Assembly: GCA_964035545.1 (NCBI GenBank)
Contig: OZ037766.1
Span: forward strand, 9,910,722 to 9,974,721
Direction of reading: 5' to 3'
From: Bugula neritina
Lineage: Eukaryota; Animalia; Bryozoa
DNA: 64,000 nt
In this document: one piece after another, positions 15,280 to 33,900 of the stretch
How the letters are laid out: each line of letters starts with the position of its first letter
Position numbering within the stretch: the first letter of the stretch is position 1
Translations under genes and position numbers: made by a program
The notes under the pieces: generated by a model
Database searches by the model: none
Told to the model about the DNA's origin: nothing
Seen by the model: only the letters and a program-made list of their open reading frames with translations

Positions 15280-18200
15280 TTACATAAGATACACTTTCTC
15301 TGCTTGACCCAATGCAAAGACACTGCTGGTACGAGGGCAAATTACTTTCCCATCATTTTCTAAGGCCATGTTCTCTAAAGCCTATAAATAATAAAACAAA
15401 ATATTATATCAAGCATTACTATGCACAGTCCTACAAAAACGCGTTAATAGGCCACTATAAAAAATTAATCACTATATCTCAATTGAAACAAAATATTATC
15501 TACTAATGTATATACAGTGATGAACACATAAACTCATGCAAGTTTATAGTCACTGTGAGAAACCCTGATGAAAAGGGGTTTTTGTTAAAGCAGGCTAAGG
15601 GGGCAATTATGACTGAATGCTCCTCCTAACATCACCTATGACCTTCATTAGGGTTCAAAACCAAGACTTCTTGTTTAATACAATCGAAAATCTAAAGTCT
15701 AACCCCTGCTGCTAAACACATATACTTGTGCTTTACTTTGAACGATTTAATGGTAACCTTGGTATTTATAAAGAAATCTATCCGCTGAGAATCTTATAAG
15801 GTGATAATACAAACCTTTGATCCGTAGACGTGTCCATTAGGTAACGCCAGTGGAGGATTATGTTCACTGATAATATCTCCAGATATTGAGCATACAAGTT
15901 TCGAGTGAGAGCAATGAGATATGGGAAACCCTTTAGCTAATTCATTCAGTTGTTTAGAACAAACAGGGCAATTGTCATTCTTGGTAGCACTTTTGTAGCA
16001 TTGTCTTATTTTCTATTATAAGGAAACTTTAAAAAATACCACCATTACAAAACATTTAGCTAGTTAAACTGGTACAAAAAAAGGCTTATATAAAAGACAC
16101 TTAGTAAAATAAAAAAACATGCAAATTAAAAGATTTTATGTATTTTTCTTTTCACAAAGAGTAACTGAAAACTTACTCTATTCTAATTATGTCGGAAGCT
16201 TCACATTTTACTATCAAGAATGAAAAAATTAGCATTATTAGCATTACATGGAATCATTATAGTATTGATGACCTTTTTTGGACTAAAATCTTTTGACAGG
16301 ATTCCCTCAATTTAAATGTTTTTTTTTACTTCTGTAAGAACATCTTGCTGGTTCAAGTTGTGTCAATAGATCATAAAGAATCTCCAAATATGAATTGAAA
16401 ATTGTTCTTTCAAATGTTTAATTCTAAAACTAAACAGACTGCAAATTTACATATATTCATTTTCTAGGCAATCCAAACTTCTACCATGTAAAACACAAAT
16501 AAAAGCATGTCTCTAAAAAGAAATTTTGACACTTTACTCATGGGTAAAGTCAAAAGGATACGGAGTTTTTAGTGCAGAGAGGCCACACTGAAGAGTGATG
16601 AGGAAAGCGCAATTCCCAGTGAGCTGGTGTAGGTTGAAGTTCTCCTTTCTAAAATCATCTATCAAGTCAGTCCATCGTTCTTCGGCAAATAATTCCTATA
16701 TAACAAAACATCAAGTACGTTCTGTTACTGAAAGATTTTCACTAAACTTGTCATTCCAAATATAAGCTTTTCTTGGACAATTTTTAAAAAAACTGATGAA
16801 TACAAGAAACCTATTTAGTTTGGCCACGGAAATGCATACTGAGATGCAGAAAACCACAAAACTGCTAATAGTCACAATGCTTGCTCTGTTTTAGTACACA
16901 TAATGCAGATTAATGCCTGAGGGAAAAAAACAAATTCAATACCATATAAGGAGAAACTTTGGTATCAGATGGAAATGCTAGCAGAGCCATCAGCATTCTC
17001 ACTCTAGGCATGTGTTCAGCTCCTAATTTTGAAAAATATGTTTTTGCCATTTTCACAGCTTCTAATCTCATATTTTGCCGAACACACTCAACAAAATCTT
17101 GCTGCCTCAACTTGATCTCTAAGCAGCTAAAACAGAACATATATTTTCTGAAGGCTACAATTATCTCATGATCATAGAACAGTATAGATGCAGGTGATCA
17201 CACATGGACTACAGCAAAAATTACATTTCCTTAGTGCTCCTAAGAACTTCTTACAGTTGAGGTGTTTTCTAAGAGTGTCTGAATACTTCTCAACTTCTTA
17301 TTTAAAATATTATATCTCTTCAGGTTTTGTCTATCAGGTCTTGATACATTGGTCACATTAGTTCAAGTGCAATACAAATGCTAACTTTGCTATATTACAG
17401 CACAATAATTTCACACATATGGAGAGAAAACTTATTGATTCTAATCAATAATGTTTCATAAAATGTAGAAACATTTTACATCTAGAGAAAAACGGCTAAA
17501 AAGTTATCAATAAGGGATCACTTAGCCTTACATAATTAGATCATAAAATATTTTTCTTCAATATATTATAATATTTATTATCCTGATGCACATATATGTT
17601 AATGCTAGATCTCCAACGTAATATAAACAAATTTGAGGTCAAAGTGGACCTTTAATTGTTACTTGCTGAGAAATGTATACTGTTTCTTCATGTATTAGGA
17701 CTGTAAAATTTTTATATTGGTGAATAGAACTTACCAAGTTTCAACCAACATACAGCAGATTCTTCGACTAACCTATGAGATTTTCGAAGCTTTGTTTTGT
17801 TTTCATGGCACCAGACTAAACACAGCTCAGTATGATGGTTGAGGAGAGAATCTTCTATAGCTTTAGAGTGGAGAAATATCTCAACATTGGTAAGATCCTG
17901 TGTAAAACACAATGCATAGCTGCATTAATATGTGCATAGTAATATACAATTATATAAAACCAAATAAGTAAAAAAAATTCTAGAAAATTCTCAAGAAATG
18001 GAACTACTGCGAGAAATCAGGTAGAATCGGCAAATACAAATAACAGTAGAAAATACAAACCTTGATGCCAGAATGTGTGGACAATAAATTTGCCGTATCA
18101 TAGTAGCCCAGTCTGAGGCAATACTCAACAAGCATGCGATCTAACCGCTTTTTCTTCCACAAATGTTCATCTGCAAATGATAGACTTTCGTACTCTTGAA

Positions 18201-20344
18201 GGTGCGATAATCGACGTTTACAAACCTTAGCTGCTTCCGCTTCATCTTCTATACTTTCACTAGCCTTTAAGTAAACAACTTTATTATCACCTTCTAAAGT
18301 TAACAACAAATTAAATGAATGTTGAAACAAAATTTTATTTGTTCTAATACATTACATAGCAGAGTGAATACAGAGTACTGTTTCAACTCTGCAAAACTGA
18401 ACGATCTATAACCTTAAATTTTTTCACATGACTAGTTTTTGAGCTAACTTCCAGCCATCTTATTACAACTTACTACAGATTAACCTGGTATCAGATGAAA
18501 AGCAAAAAACTACATTCATGGCTGAACATAAGACTTTTTTGACAAAGCAAAACAATATTTTAGTCGTATGGATTGCTATGTATGGATATAATGGAATAAT
18601 GAGTGGAAATATTTATTGGTAATGATAGCTGGTGGTAGTAGGAATCAGATAAAAATATAATATGACAAGTACAAAAGCAATTTTGAGCATAGATGACTTT
18701 CCGGTTTATCAGATTCGTATGTACTCTTTTGTTATTGATGCAATTGAAGAATTTCACCACGGTAGAATTAAAAGTATATTTCAGAAAGAAAGGATTAGGC
18801 TCAGAAGATAAATCTCTTTGAGTAACTACAAATTGAGCAACATATTTTCAGGTGTAGCACTCCACAGGAAACTGAAAATTTATTGAGCAGTAAATTCTCT
18901 TCACATTTAACTTTTATTTCAAAATATTTTTTTGTTGACAAAAATCTTGAATTAAAGTCTGTACGAGTTATATTATATTTAAAATTAAAAGATGATCTGA
19001 GTGAAATGAAAGTCATGCCAAAAGTCCCATTTTGCCACCTGTGCCAAGTGCTTATTATGGCATTGGGATACATTAATTAACAAATATTACAAACACATGA
19101 AGAATTATTTTAATAAATGCAGTGTTTTTCAAATCACATCACTTAAAATAGAAATCTGCCAACCTTTCTTTTCAAAACCTTCAACTTGGCAACCATTGAT
19201 GAAAGTAATTGTGATACAGTATATACTGAAGCATTTTCATCTAAAGTTGTTTGTATCAAATGCGCTGTAGAGTTGACATGGGAGATTTCCTTGTCAATAT
19301 TTTTCTGGGCATTTCTGAATTTTCTATTGAGTGACTCATAAGGTACCTACAAGAAATTAATAGAATTGAAAGTTATGTTCTTTGAACAATATGTATCCGC
19401 TTTAGGCCAAAAATAAAGACAAAATTATATATTTTTACTATATAGAATAGGAATAAAGTAAAAAAGCATTGAAATTACTAGAAAAAATTGTGTTAAATGA
19501 ATAGGGCACATATTGTAGTTGCTTAACATTTGGAAAATTATTATCACATAAATTGACATATTACTAAAAAATAACACCCACCCCATCCTGTCAAGATCTA
19601 CACATACAAAGAAACACTTGACTATTGAACAGAACAGCCCTAAGAGTTTGGTGAGAATTTTTTCTTCTAACTATTTCATTTTTCTAACCCCAAAAGTTTA
19701 ATAAAGCCATATAAATACTAACAAATACAAACTATAGTGAGAAAATGCAAATGGTGAGATTATCAGTAATCTGACAATTTTTGTAAAAATGACACAATTA
19801 CTTTGGCCCCTGAAGACAGTTTAACAATTACATTAATTAATCAACCGCTAGTGTATGTACAAACTACCTTCATGAGACACTTTCTGATGTTTTCCTTTGT
19901 AACTTATAAATATAATTAAACAATTTTCTTAATTATCATACCATGATTTGACAATTTAGTACTCTCGGCATATAACTAATTATATTACTAGCTTTAACTT
20001 TTAAAGTATATCAATTAGTTCTTAATAACACAGGTAGCTTGCCTGCCCAAAATTTATTATTTAATTTACATAAAGGCCTTGGTGTTATTAGGGCAATCCA
20101 AAAGCACTTAGTTGCATTACACAACGTTTTATAATGACCCAACTTTTTGCAATCATTTCTATAAATTTTCAGTTGGAATGTGAATCGAACATTTCTTGAG
20201 AACTTAACATCTACAACGCAGGTTTTTAAAATATTTCTTATCCTGCACAGGCTTTTGCAATTTTTATTAAAGCAAAGTCAGCTTGGCTCAGCTTCCAACA
20301 CAAACCTTCAGAGTAGAGTGCTCCAACACTTGAACATCAGCCAT
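15280..20344 (-). CDS. MAEA: E3 ubiquitin ligase MAEA (CTLH/GID complex subunit, Gid9/Fyv10), ~386 aa, 8 coding exons
   Basis: Exons 20344-20306, 19346-19164, 18264-18061, 17897-17773, 17126-16943, 16695-16562, 16004-15815, 15381-15280. [22 protein letters not shown], LisH ([20 protein letters not shown]), [39 protein letters not shown]. Confidence 0.95.
16005..16561 (-). other. U12-type GT-AG intron in MAEA
   Basis: Donor GTATCCTTTT at 16561-16552; branch-like TTCCTTATAA at 16025-16016 close to the AG; no pyrimidine tract; splicing restores KTP-QCY. Confidence 0.85.
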
Positions 20345-22299
20345 ACTGAAGATCCACAGACTAAAGAATTAAAACTGTTTGATCCCCGATCTTTGCTGAA
20401 CATAAACAATAAACAATTATATTTGATGCAATGATAGTCGAAGTAAATCTAAAAAACATTTCTCATTGCTAAACATGCATCCTGTAGCATTAAAACAGAA
20501 CAAATCAAAAATTAGATTAGCAGCAGCCTATTCTGGTTAAAGTTTGTACAAGGATTAAAATTTTTGAATTCTATAAAACTATTAGATAAAAAGTCATCGT
20601 CAAACACTTGGCAGAAAAATAAAAAGTTATCAAAAAAAAAAATCTGCAGGTTTGAAAATTATGAATTATTTAAAAATAGAAATATCAGCATCTAACTCTG
20701 GGTATACTAGTATAGTCAATTTTCATTAATTCAAAAGCCTAAGCCGGTCAGCTAGAGTTTGAACATTAAATAAATGATAACAACCAGAAATATGCATAAT
20801 ATTTATTATAGAACTTTTACGTTCATATTTACAGTTTTATATAAGAATAACAGCATTCTTAAAAAAAATATTATTCAAAGGTACACTTATGAAAGTCTCT
20901 AAAACAGAAATCAAGTATGAATATTTAAGGCCAGAAAATTACTAACAATTTTTTTAATGCTTCTGTTGCACCAAGTATAAAAAAAGAAGGAATATATTAA
21001 AATAACAGTCCCAGGATTTAGCACTACATTTGACTTGTACTTGAAAAACCTTAACAAGAGCATTTTATTTTCATACTTATAGTGATACTGATAAGTTATG
21101 GTGAAAGTAAAATTAAAACTCTTGCTCGTTGCATTACATACTCAACAGTAAACTTAAACTTAAATGTAAACTCCAACTGAATGCCATTACTTGCAATACG
21201 CAATAAAAATAAATTTATGAATATGAATCACAACATGGTTCAACAGATAATATCACTATCAGCTCACATTTACCTTGAAGATTTCAAAATCAATGATGGT
21301 TTCATTTTACTCTAACCCCAGAGCATTACTATTTGTATTAGTATATTTATGGTTATATTCATAGTGTCTCTGAAACCATTACAGCAAGTATAACTTATAA
21401 GCAATATTATAAGCATAACGGGTTCCTGTTGTTTCATACACAAACTACTGTACACAGAAGGAATAATGCATTAAGCCCAAATCTAAATAATAAATAAATA
21501 TCAAAATAACATGTATTTTAGTTAATTTATATTGGTGTGTACAAAACGACTTGCAAAAAAGTGGGTACAAAACAACAGGTGTGCCAAATGACCTGCACCC
21601 AAGCATAACTATTGGTAACACTCAGTAATAGTAACTTGAACTTTAATTAAGTCGACGATAACAGTTGGATTATTAGTCAATTTTATGGTTATGGATATCA
21701 ATATGCCTAGCCCTACACTAATACTAAAAGTAAAACTTTCACATGTAGACCATAGCTTTGGTAAGATTTAGAGTAAGACTGTAAGACTAAAAGCAAGAGT
21801 AGCTGTAAGCCGTACTCGCAGAACTATCACTATTACTATGACACTTTCACTTTGACAGTATCAAATTCAATGTGACTATCACTCAGTATCAGCATCACTA
21901 TCAGTACCAATAGTTATAATTATATTACTATGATACTTCAAGTTCAACTCTAACTCTAAGTTTATAAGTCTTACTCTATGACTATGAGTATGAGCCCCAA
22001 GGACCGAAAGTGAGCCCGAGGAGTGAGGACACACCGGACACAGTTTGACACTTAGAGTTTGACACTTTGACTTTGAGCTTTGGCTGCGAGTTGCGACACA
22101 ACCAAAACAAAAAAGATTATTACAAATACATGCCTTACTTTGACTGTAATTTAAATTATTATTATTAGTAGTGAGAGTATTATTAAATATGTGTAAAATC
22201 ACATCATTATAATTTATAATTATGACTATAATTATTAATGTATTTAATTGCAAAAATAATTAATAAATTTATTAAAAAAAACACAGCAGCAAAAGTTTA

Positions 22300-22700
22300 C
22301 AATTTAGTTGGTAATTTAGGCTGTAAATCCTAAACTATATATGTTTTGCGTTGCAGGTAAAGTAAATCAAATTTCTTTTATCTACAACGATTGCTAAGGT
22401 TATTACTAGCGGAGCCGTTTGTAACACAACTCAAACTTGAAATCATACGTACCATTGGGCTCTGACCAATATGATTATGCGTTGCTCAGGTAGGTAAAAT
22501 TTCAACATGAACTAGTACTTTCTTCCCGTCAAATTGCCGGTTTTCTCGATGCATTTACGAATTGAAAACAATTAAGAAAAAACTCGGGAGAAACGAGACC
22601 CATGCTAACGGGAGCGAAAAGTTTTCTCGGATGATAAACTAAATTTGCGAAATCGAAATCCTAACTATAGCCTGGTTAAGGAAATACTATACTTTTACCA
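22300..22700. promoter_or_regulatory. Putative shared promoter core between divergent MAEA and CtBP
   Basis: Locally CpG-containing segment between two divergently transcribed genes, flanked on both sides by periodic low-complexity tracts. There is no direct TSS evidence. Confidence 0.45.
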
Positions 22701-25158
22701 GTATAAGTGGCGTTCTTTAAATTTTGTTATACCAGTGCACACATTGGAGATATGATCCTTAGTTGACAGGTAATACTATTCAAATGTCTAAATGACCAAA
22801 ACCGTGTTCAACTTCAAGTTAAACTTAAACTCTAACTCTAAGTTTAAGTTTAAGATAAATTCTAGTTTAACTACTCAAAGTCAAGTTCAGCTTGAAGTTG
22901 AAGCAGAGTCAGAAGTATCAACTCATACACTTGCAGTTAAAGTACTCGTACTCAAACGTAAAGTGAACACTTGTACTTATAGTTAATGTTATACTAATCT
23001 AATACATATTGATATTGAATTCGTTGTAGTATAACTATAACTGTATAAGTATAAGTATTACATTTAGTATTAGTATTAATATTAGTTGTACTTGATAGTT
23101 GATCATAGTCAATGTCATTCCCATTAAAATTGAATTTAATACAATACTAATAGTAATAGTCACTATAGTGTAATACTGTTACTAATCGTAATACTCATAC
23201 TCATAGTGATAGTAATATACAATATGAATAACAATAACTGAATAAGTTTGTTATACTAATAATTATTAGTATAACTATAATAATTGTAGTTATATTTATT
23301 ATTTAATTTTATATTTTAAATTAGTTATAATATTAATAGTAGTAGTAATAGTATTAGTACAACTACAAATACTAATCCTTAAAGTTGATAGTAATGCTAA
23401 TTGCCTAATGGTAATTGACTTAGAGTAATACTTGTACTAAATTTATTAGTAATACTATTACTAATAGTAAATGTAATGGTAATACTAATACTAATTGTAT
23501 CACATTAATATCCAGTTTAACAATAACAATTACTAAAGTTGATGTTATACTTATAGTTATGCTTATACTTGTACTTTATTACTTACTCTTAGTCTTATAT
23601 TTAATGTTATACTTATAGTTAATGTTATGCCCATACCAAATTGGTAATACTAATTGCCCTAGGATTAGTAATACTAATTATACTCCTAGTCTTAGATTTC
23701 TTCCTGGTAATCATACTCATAGTGATAGTCACACTGATACACTTACTCACACTGTTAGTGTTACAGTTACTCTTAGAGTTTAAGTTCTTCAGTCTTTCAC
23801 GTTCTGTTAGTTTTACATTTACTCTTACTTCTTGGTCTTACCTGTTACTTGCCTGTTTGTTACTTTTACTCTTAGTCAATTAGTGTTACTCTTACTGTCT
23901 TAGTCTTGTACTATTACTATTAGTATTACTTTGTATGTATTATTATTAGCATAACTATTAGTATTAGACAATTACTGATTGGTATTAAACTATCAGTATG
24001 AGTATCAGTATGACTATACAGATTATACTTATAGTTATACTCAAAAGCCAAAGACAATACTTATACAGTAATACTTATACTAGCAGTAGTGGTACTAGTT
24101 ATACTAATATTTTTAGTCATTTAGTAACATTATATCCCACTATGACTACATGAATATCAGTATAACTATATGAGCATCATTGTAGGTTATATTTTTTGAA
24201 TAATAATATGAATATCAATATGTATATTATAACTGTATGGTATACCAACTTTAAAAAAAGTAAATCTAGCACTAGAAATAAATGGTAATCACCTAGTTTT
24301 AATGAGACTATCAGAGGTCATAAGAATCTAGGCTAAGTTATTGTATTATGGAATATCACACTTTTATGGATCTACCAAATAGTGAGTCCTTTTAAACATT
24401 TTCCATTAGCGCAAGAAGCTGTTAAAATTCAATTAAAAATATTAGCCAATGTTATACATTCTAATAAGGTGTAAATGTTCTTTTAAAAAAGAGTTGTCTT
24501 CTACTCTTCATTTGTACCTTATGCAATTCATCAATTCATTATAAAATGTTGGGGTCTTTCAAAATGATGTTAAGACTTATTTAAAGCATAAAATTTGACT
24601 CGCAAACTTTTTTCATTAAAGTTTTCTACTCAATTTTCTTTTAAAATTGAACACTTTTTACTAAAAATAAATGAAAATCAAAAATATTATCTCATTAGTT
24701 TGGGTACAGGGCACCAGCAGCGCTCTCTTGTAAATGGCCAGGTCAGGTATTGTTATTGTTTTATTTTTTAGTAGTGGCAACTTTTAATCATTGATTTAGG
24801 CATATTTTGTGTTGCATATAAAGTTACCCTTAGTGTGTAATTACACTGTTTTTGTTGATAATGCATTAAGTTTCACAATGATCTAAAAAGCTTGTATCAC
24901 TACATGTTGTGAAATGCCCTAAAATGACTATGAGACTGAATTAAACCTAAACTCACTTATGACTAACAGAGCAACACTGAATGACACTATTCAGTAACCG
25001 AATGACTAGAAAATGCTATTACATGTCTTTAGTTGTTTCTAAATGATTCCTTGTGTACTCAAATTTAGGTGGAAGTGACCAACAAGCATTCCTGAACAGA
25101 GACAAAATTGTTACCATTTTGAATTTTTCACATAAACTCTAACCATACTGTCCACTCA

Positions 25159-29627
<4,469 letters not shown>

Positions 29628-30901
29628 TCAAATTCAAAGTGCTCTCACCACATTTACATAAGGCTGTACTCTCCAAGTCTACCTTCTGAAGCATTCGAAG
29701 TTTTCTATTGTCTTTACAACACGAGGTAGTCACTACCTAATTGTAATATATGTGCTGTATGTAACATTTTTGTGTATAAACATTTTGCCATTGTTTTATG
29801 ATTTGTAACATTACATCTGGAAAAGACTGAATTATTATGCTATTGGTCAATTTCTTGTGTGGTTCAACATCATATTAGTTAATGGAAAAGGCAACTTCAT
29901 TTACTCTCTAATTTTCTATTACTCCTGTGTATATTTCACCACTAGCATCTATATTATACACTAATCATATTACGGACCTGATATAGTTTGCTATTTTGTT
30001 AATATTAAGTCCATGCAACTGTAACTGGCTTATTTGTAATTAGATAATAGTGAACAGTTTTCTGGTTATAAATATACACTTTTTATACATTATATTATCT
30101 ATCACTGGGAAATGTGTAAACACAACAATTAAAATCAACCTATTACATTCATTAAATTTGTGAATTAATATATTTCAATGTTGGACTGAAGGCAACATTT
30201 TTGTTCTATTCTAATGTTTGACCTAAATAAATTTATACCTCAAAAATTCTAGTATTTCAACTTAATAACATTGACTTGACGTTGCTTTTTAATAAACTGG
30301 ATCTAAAAAAGCCAGTTGTTAAAATAGATTGTAGTAATACTGCGAGAAATGTCATTGTAAAAATGTAATATTCAATATAAAGTACAAAATAGTGGGCACA
30401 AACATTTAGCACATATATTTGCCTCAAAATTGCTGTGAACTGATAGAAGCTAATTGACTCTCATTTAATCATTAGTAAAATTTTATAAAAACTTGATAAG
30501 AACAAATATAATAAAATCAAATTGCTGACCAATACACAAAGATAAACCTATTAATTATGAGTATTAAGATACCAGCTGTGCCTATAAAATTGTGTAGAAA
30601 CAATAGAATGAGGATATTATAAAAATTGAAAATAAATGAAATCATCACATAATTTTGCAACTTTCCTGTTGATACTTGGGCTAGATTGTGTCCAAACACA
30701 AATGGAAAAGTAGATATAAATATTACCTATAATACGTGATTTAACTACACCAGTGTTTTAAATGTTGCCTAAATGTTAGCTAACCACTACATTTGAAACC
30801 CAGCAGTGCTTTATCCTTTTTTATTGTATTGTATCTAACACTTGTAAAAGCAATCCTGAACCTATTTCTTTCAAACTGGAAAGACAATTTGAAACAGCTG
30901 T

Positions 30902-33900
30902 TCACATACATAAACACGGATCCTTTCTTCTCCGAACTCTGAGCATTCTCTTCAACCCAACTTCTGCAACAGACTCTAAAAGCTTGTGAATGCCTTCTCC
31001 AGTGTGGGCAGAGCATAGGAAGGCTGTCTTTTTCGAGGCCCTCATGTGTTCTGCTGCTTTATGTGCCTCTCTTGCTTCCACAAACCTCTCCCCTTCCTGT
31101 CTAATCTCGTACAACTTCTACAATATTTTTTCAATTATCGGCAAAAATTACGAGGTTTGATTCTCTTAAAAATAATATAAAACATGGATTAAATCAAACT
31201 GCAGTCATTAACAACATTATGAAAGCATAATATAACTTCAATTTACCTATTACTAAATACAGTAATGGCCTTCCCGAATACAAAAAAATCTTCCAAAATA
31301 AATATTTCAAGCAGTTGTCTAAAAAATTGTTCCTATCCTATTGACCATGAGTGAGAAAAAAGTTAAAATCTGAGCTCATTTCTCAAGTTAGCCCAAGAAG
31401 TAGGTGTAACAAAGGTTATACCTATCAATGCATCTGTGCTTGGAGAAAAAAAAGAAAGTTTTCCCTTATAAATAACAAGTTAATTCACTCATGTAAAAGT
31501 TTGAAAAACAGAATTTTCAACTATTTTAATCATAACAAAGGATTATCTACTCTTGAACTCTGTTGACCTACTGAAAGAGTTTTTTGTGACAATCACAACA
31601 GGTTTTAAAGAACTCAACTAGTATTACATACACCAGTTAGCATAAAGGAGGGTGCAGTCACATGTCTTCAAATATATGCAATATACACAGTGGGCTACTA
31701 ATATAATTGTAATGGAAAACTGCAGTTTCTTAAAACAATGCAAAGCGATTATTTTGATTACTATTCACAACTTTTCATATAAAGAAATAGTAGCTTGAGT
31801 ATAAGTATATTATATACCACAATTATATCTAAAGGTCAATAAAACAGTCTTATTTAAAAACAACTATTTTTATAAAATTCTGGCATCAAAACATTTCAAA
31901 GGGAGAAATTCAAAGATAGCCTGGGAACTATTTTTTTTCTTTTATCTATAGTTGAATTCTACAGAACTTTATATAAACTGAAAATCTGCATCTGCAGAAA
32001 ATGATAATATTATAATGAATAGTCCATTTGAAAGGGCAGCCCCTAATTTATTTTAAGATTACTTTATTTTCAAGCAGGAGCTCATGGTAGCATGCAAGAG
32101 CCCTCAACCTGTATTATTGATTATATATGAGCACCACGCGTCAACAATAATATAGAACAAAATACTAGCCTATGCTGACGTAGCAAACTTATGCAGACAC
32201 AACAACGACTATACAATATACGTTGGTGTACAATTGATATTTACCATTCAGTTCTGAGCTACTGGAAAGATAAATAAAAGTAAAAGCTTTAAAATACAGT
32301 ACTTGGCTATAAATGAGAAAATGAACCTAGAAAGAGGCTAATGGAAGTAGCTAACAATATAGTATTTAATAACAGCAGAGGCTGAGGAAGGGTTTGACGT
32401 ACTGTCAGCGTCCAGGAAATGTGCATAGTGAGTGGTGCAGCTGGACTTTATGTTAGTATCTTGTATTTATGACTGATACAAACTGAGGGATAGTATTGTA
32501 TCTATTGTGTAGATAGATAACAAAAATCAATGATCATGATATGTTGAACTTACCATCAATTAATCATTCTACAAGTTACACATTACCAAGTATGATCACC
32601 TTAAAATGCAAAAATAGAACTGTTCTATTTGGAGACATGTTGACCACAATGATATGCTGGCAAAATGAATGCTTCAAAGTATATTATACCAGGCGACATG
32701 TAATAATATAGTATAACTTACTTTCTGATCATTCATTGGATCAGTTTTATTTCCAACAAGTATGTACGGAACTTTTCGACAGTAGTGTTTAAATTCTGGA
32801 TGCCATTTTGCCAAGACGTTGTTTAGTGTAGTTTGACTGGTAACACTGAAGACCAACAGAGCAACATGAGAATCGGCATAAGATAAGGGGCGGAGTTTAT
32901 CATAACCATCTTGGCCAGCAGTGTCCCAGAAATTCACCGTCACCATTGTGTTGCCAAGTTGTATTTCTACAGAGTGGTTATCAAATATTGTGGGAACATA
33001 ACTTTCCAGTCTTGTTTTGTTAATGAAGTAATGAATTATACTAGTTTTTCCAGTTCCACCATCACCAACTAGAACACATTTTATTTTTGCATAATGGCGA
33101 ATTCCTCCAGTGACTGTGAAACTAGGTGTTCGCATTGTGGAAGTTCTGGAGGAAGGTTTGGCCTTTTGCTCTTCATCTTCTTTGTTCATATCATTAAGTA
33201 GAGCCTCATATATCTCATCATACACCTTTTGTTTTTCAGCCTTTTCTTTTTCCAATTCATTCAACACAGTCACAGTTCTCTTATACTTCTCATTACTTTC
33301 AAAAGATTGACTTTGCCTCTTTAACTCTTCTTGTAGCTAAAATTACAAATATTTCCCCTTTAACAGTAGCAGTTTGTAACTTACGGTACAAACAAAAGTG
33401 AGAAAAAACGTTTCAGATACAAAATACCCTTTCCAGAAGTCTCTTACATCTTGTTTTAAACATGAAATTGTATTCCTTGATGAGGGGATAAGCTTCTACC
33501 TTGGTTTCAAAAGGTGTCAATATATTTGGAGTGTGTTACACCTACCAGCCATTTTCCAGAAAAATAATGTGAAGAAGAGTTTCCACTGATATTTGATACA
33601 TAATAACCATAAAACTTTTGTGATTTTGGTATTCAATGAATCTTAAAAGAAATTGAATGTATTACATGAACTTGGTTATTCCCAACAACAGTTTTTATTA
33701 TTTTCTTAAATTTTCTGCTAGTTTAATTATGACAATATGACAAACTGTGGCCTATTTCATTGTAATATAGCTATTAGATAATAATTTGATTATATAGTAA
33801 TCAATATTAATAATATGTTGTAGAGCCAAAAAGTTCCCTTAGCAAAAATACAGAACTGTGTTACTTATGCTTTCAATTTATGCTCAGAGATTGATTTGCA

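Noticed and set aside
23641-23883. 80-aa very hydrophobic ORF resembling a membrane protein
   Set aside because: Artefact of T recurring every third base in the periodic lattice; non-ATG start; lies in the CtBP 5' non-coding region.
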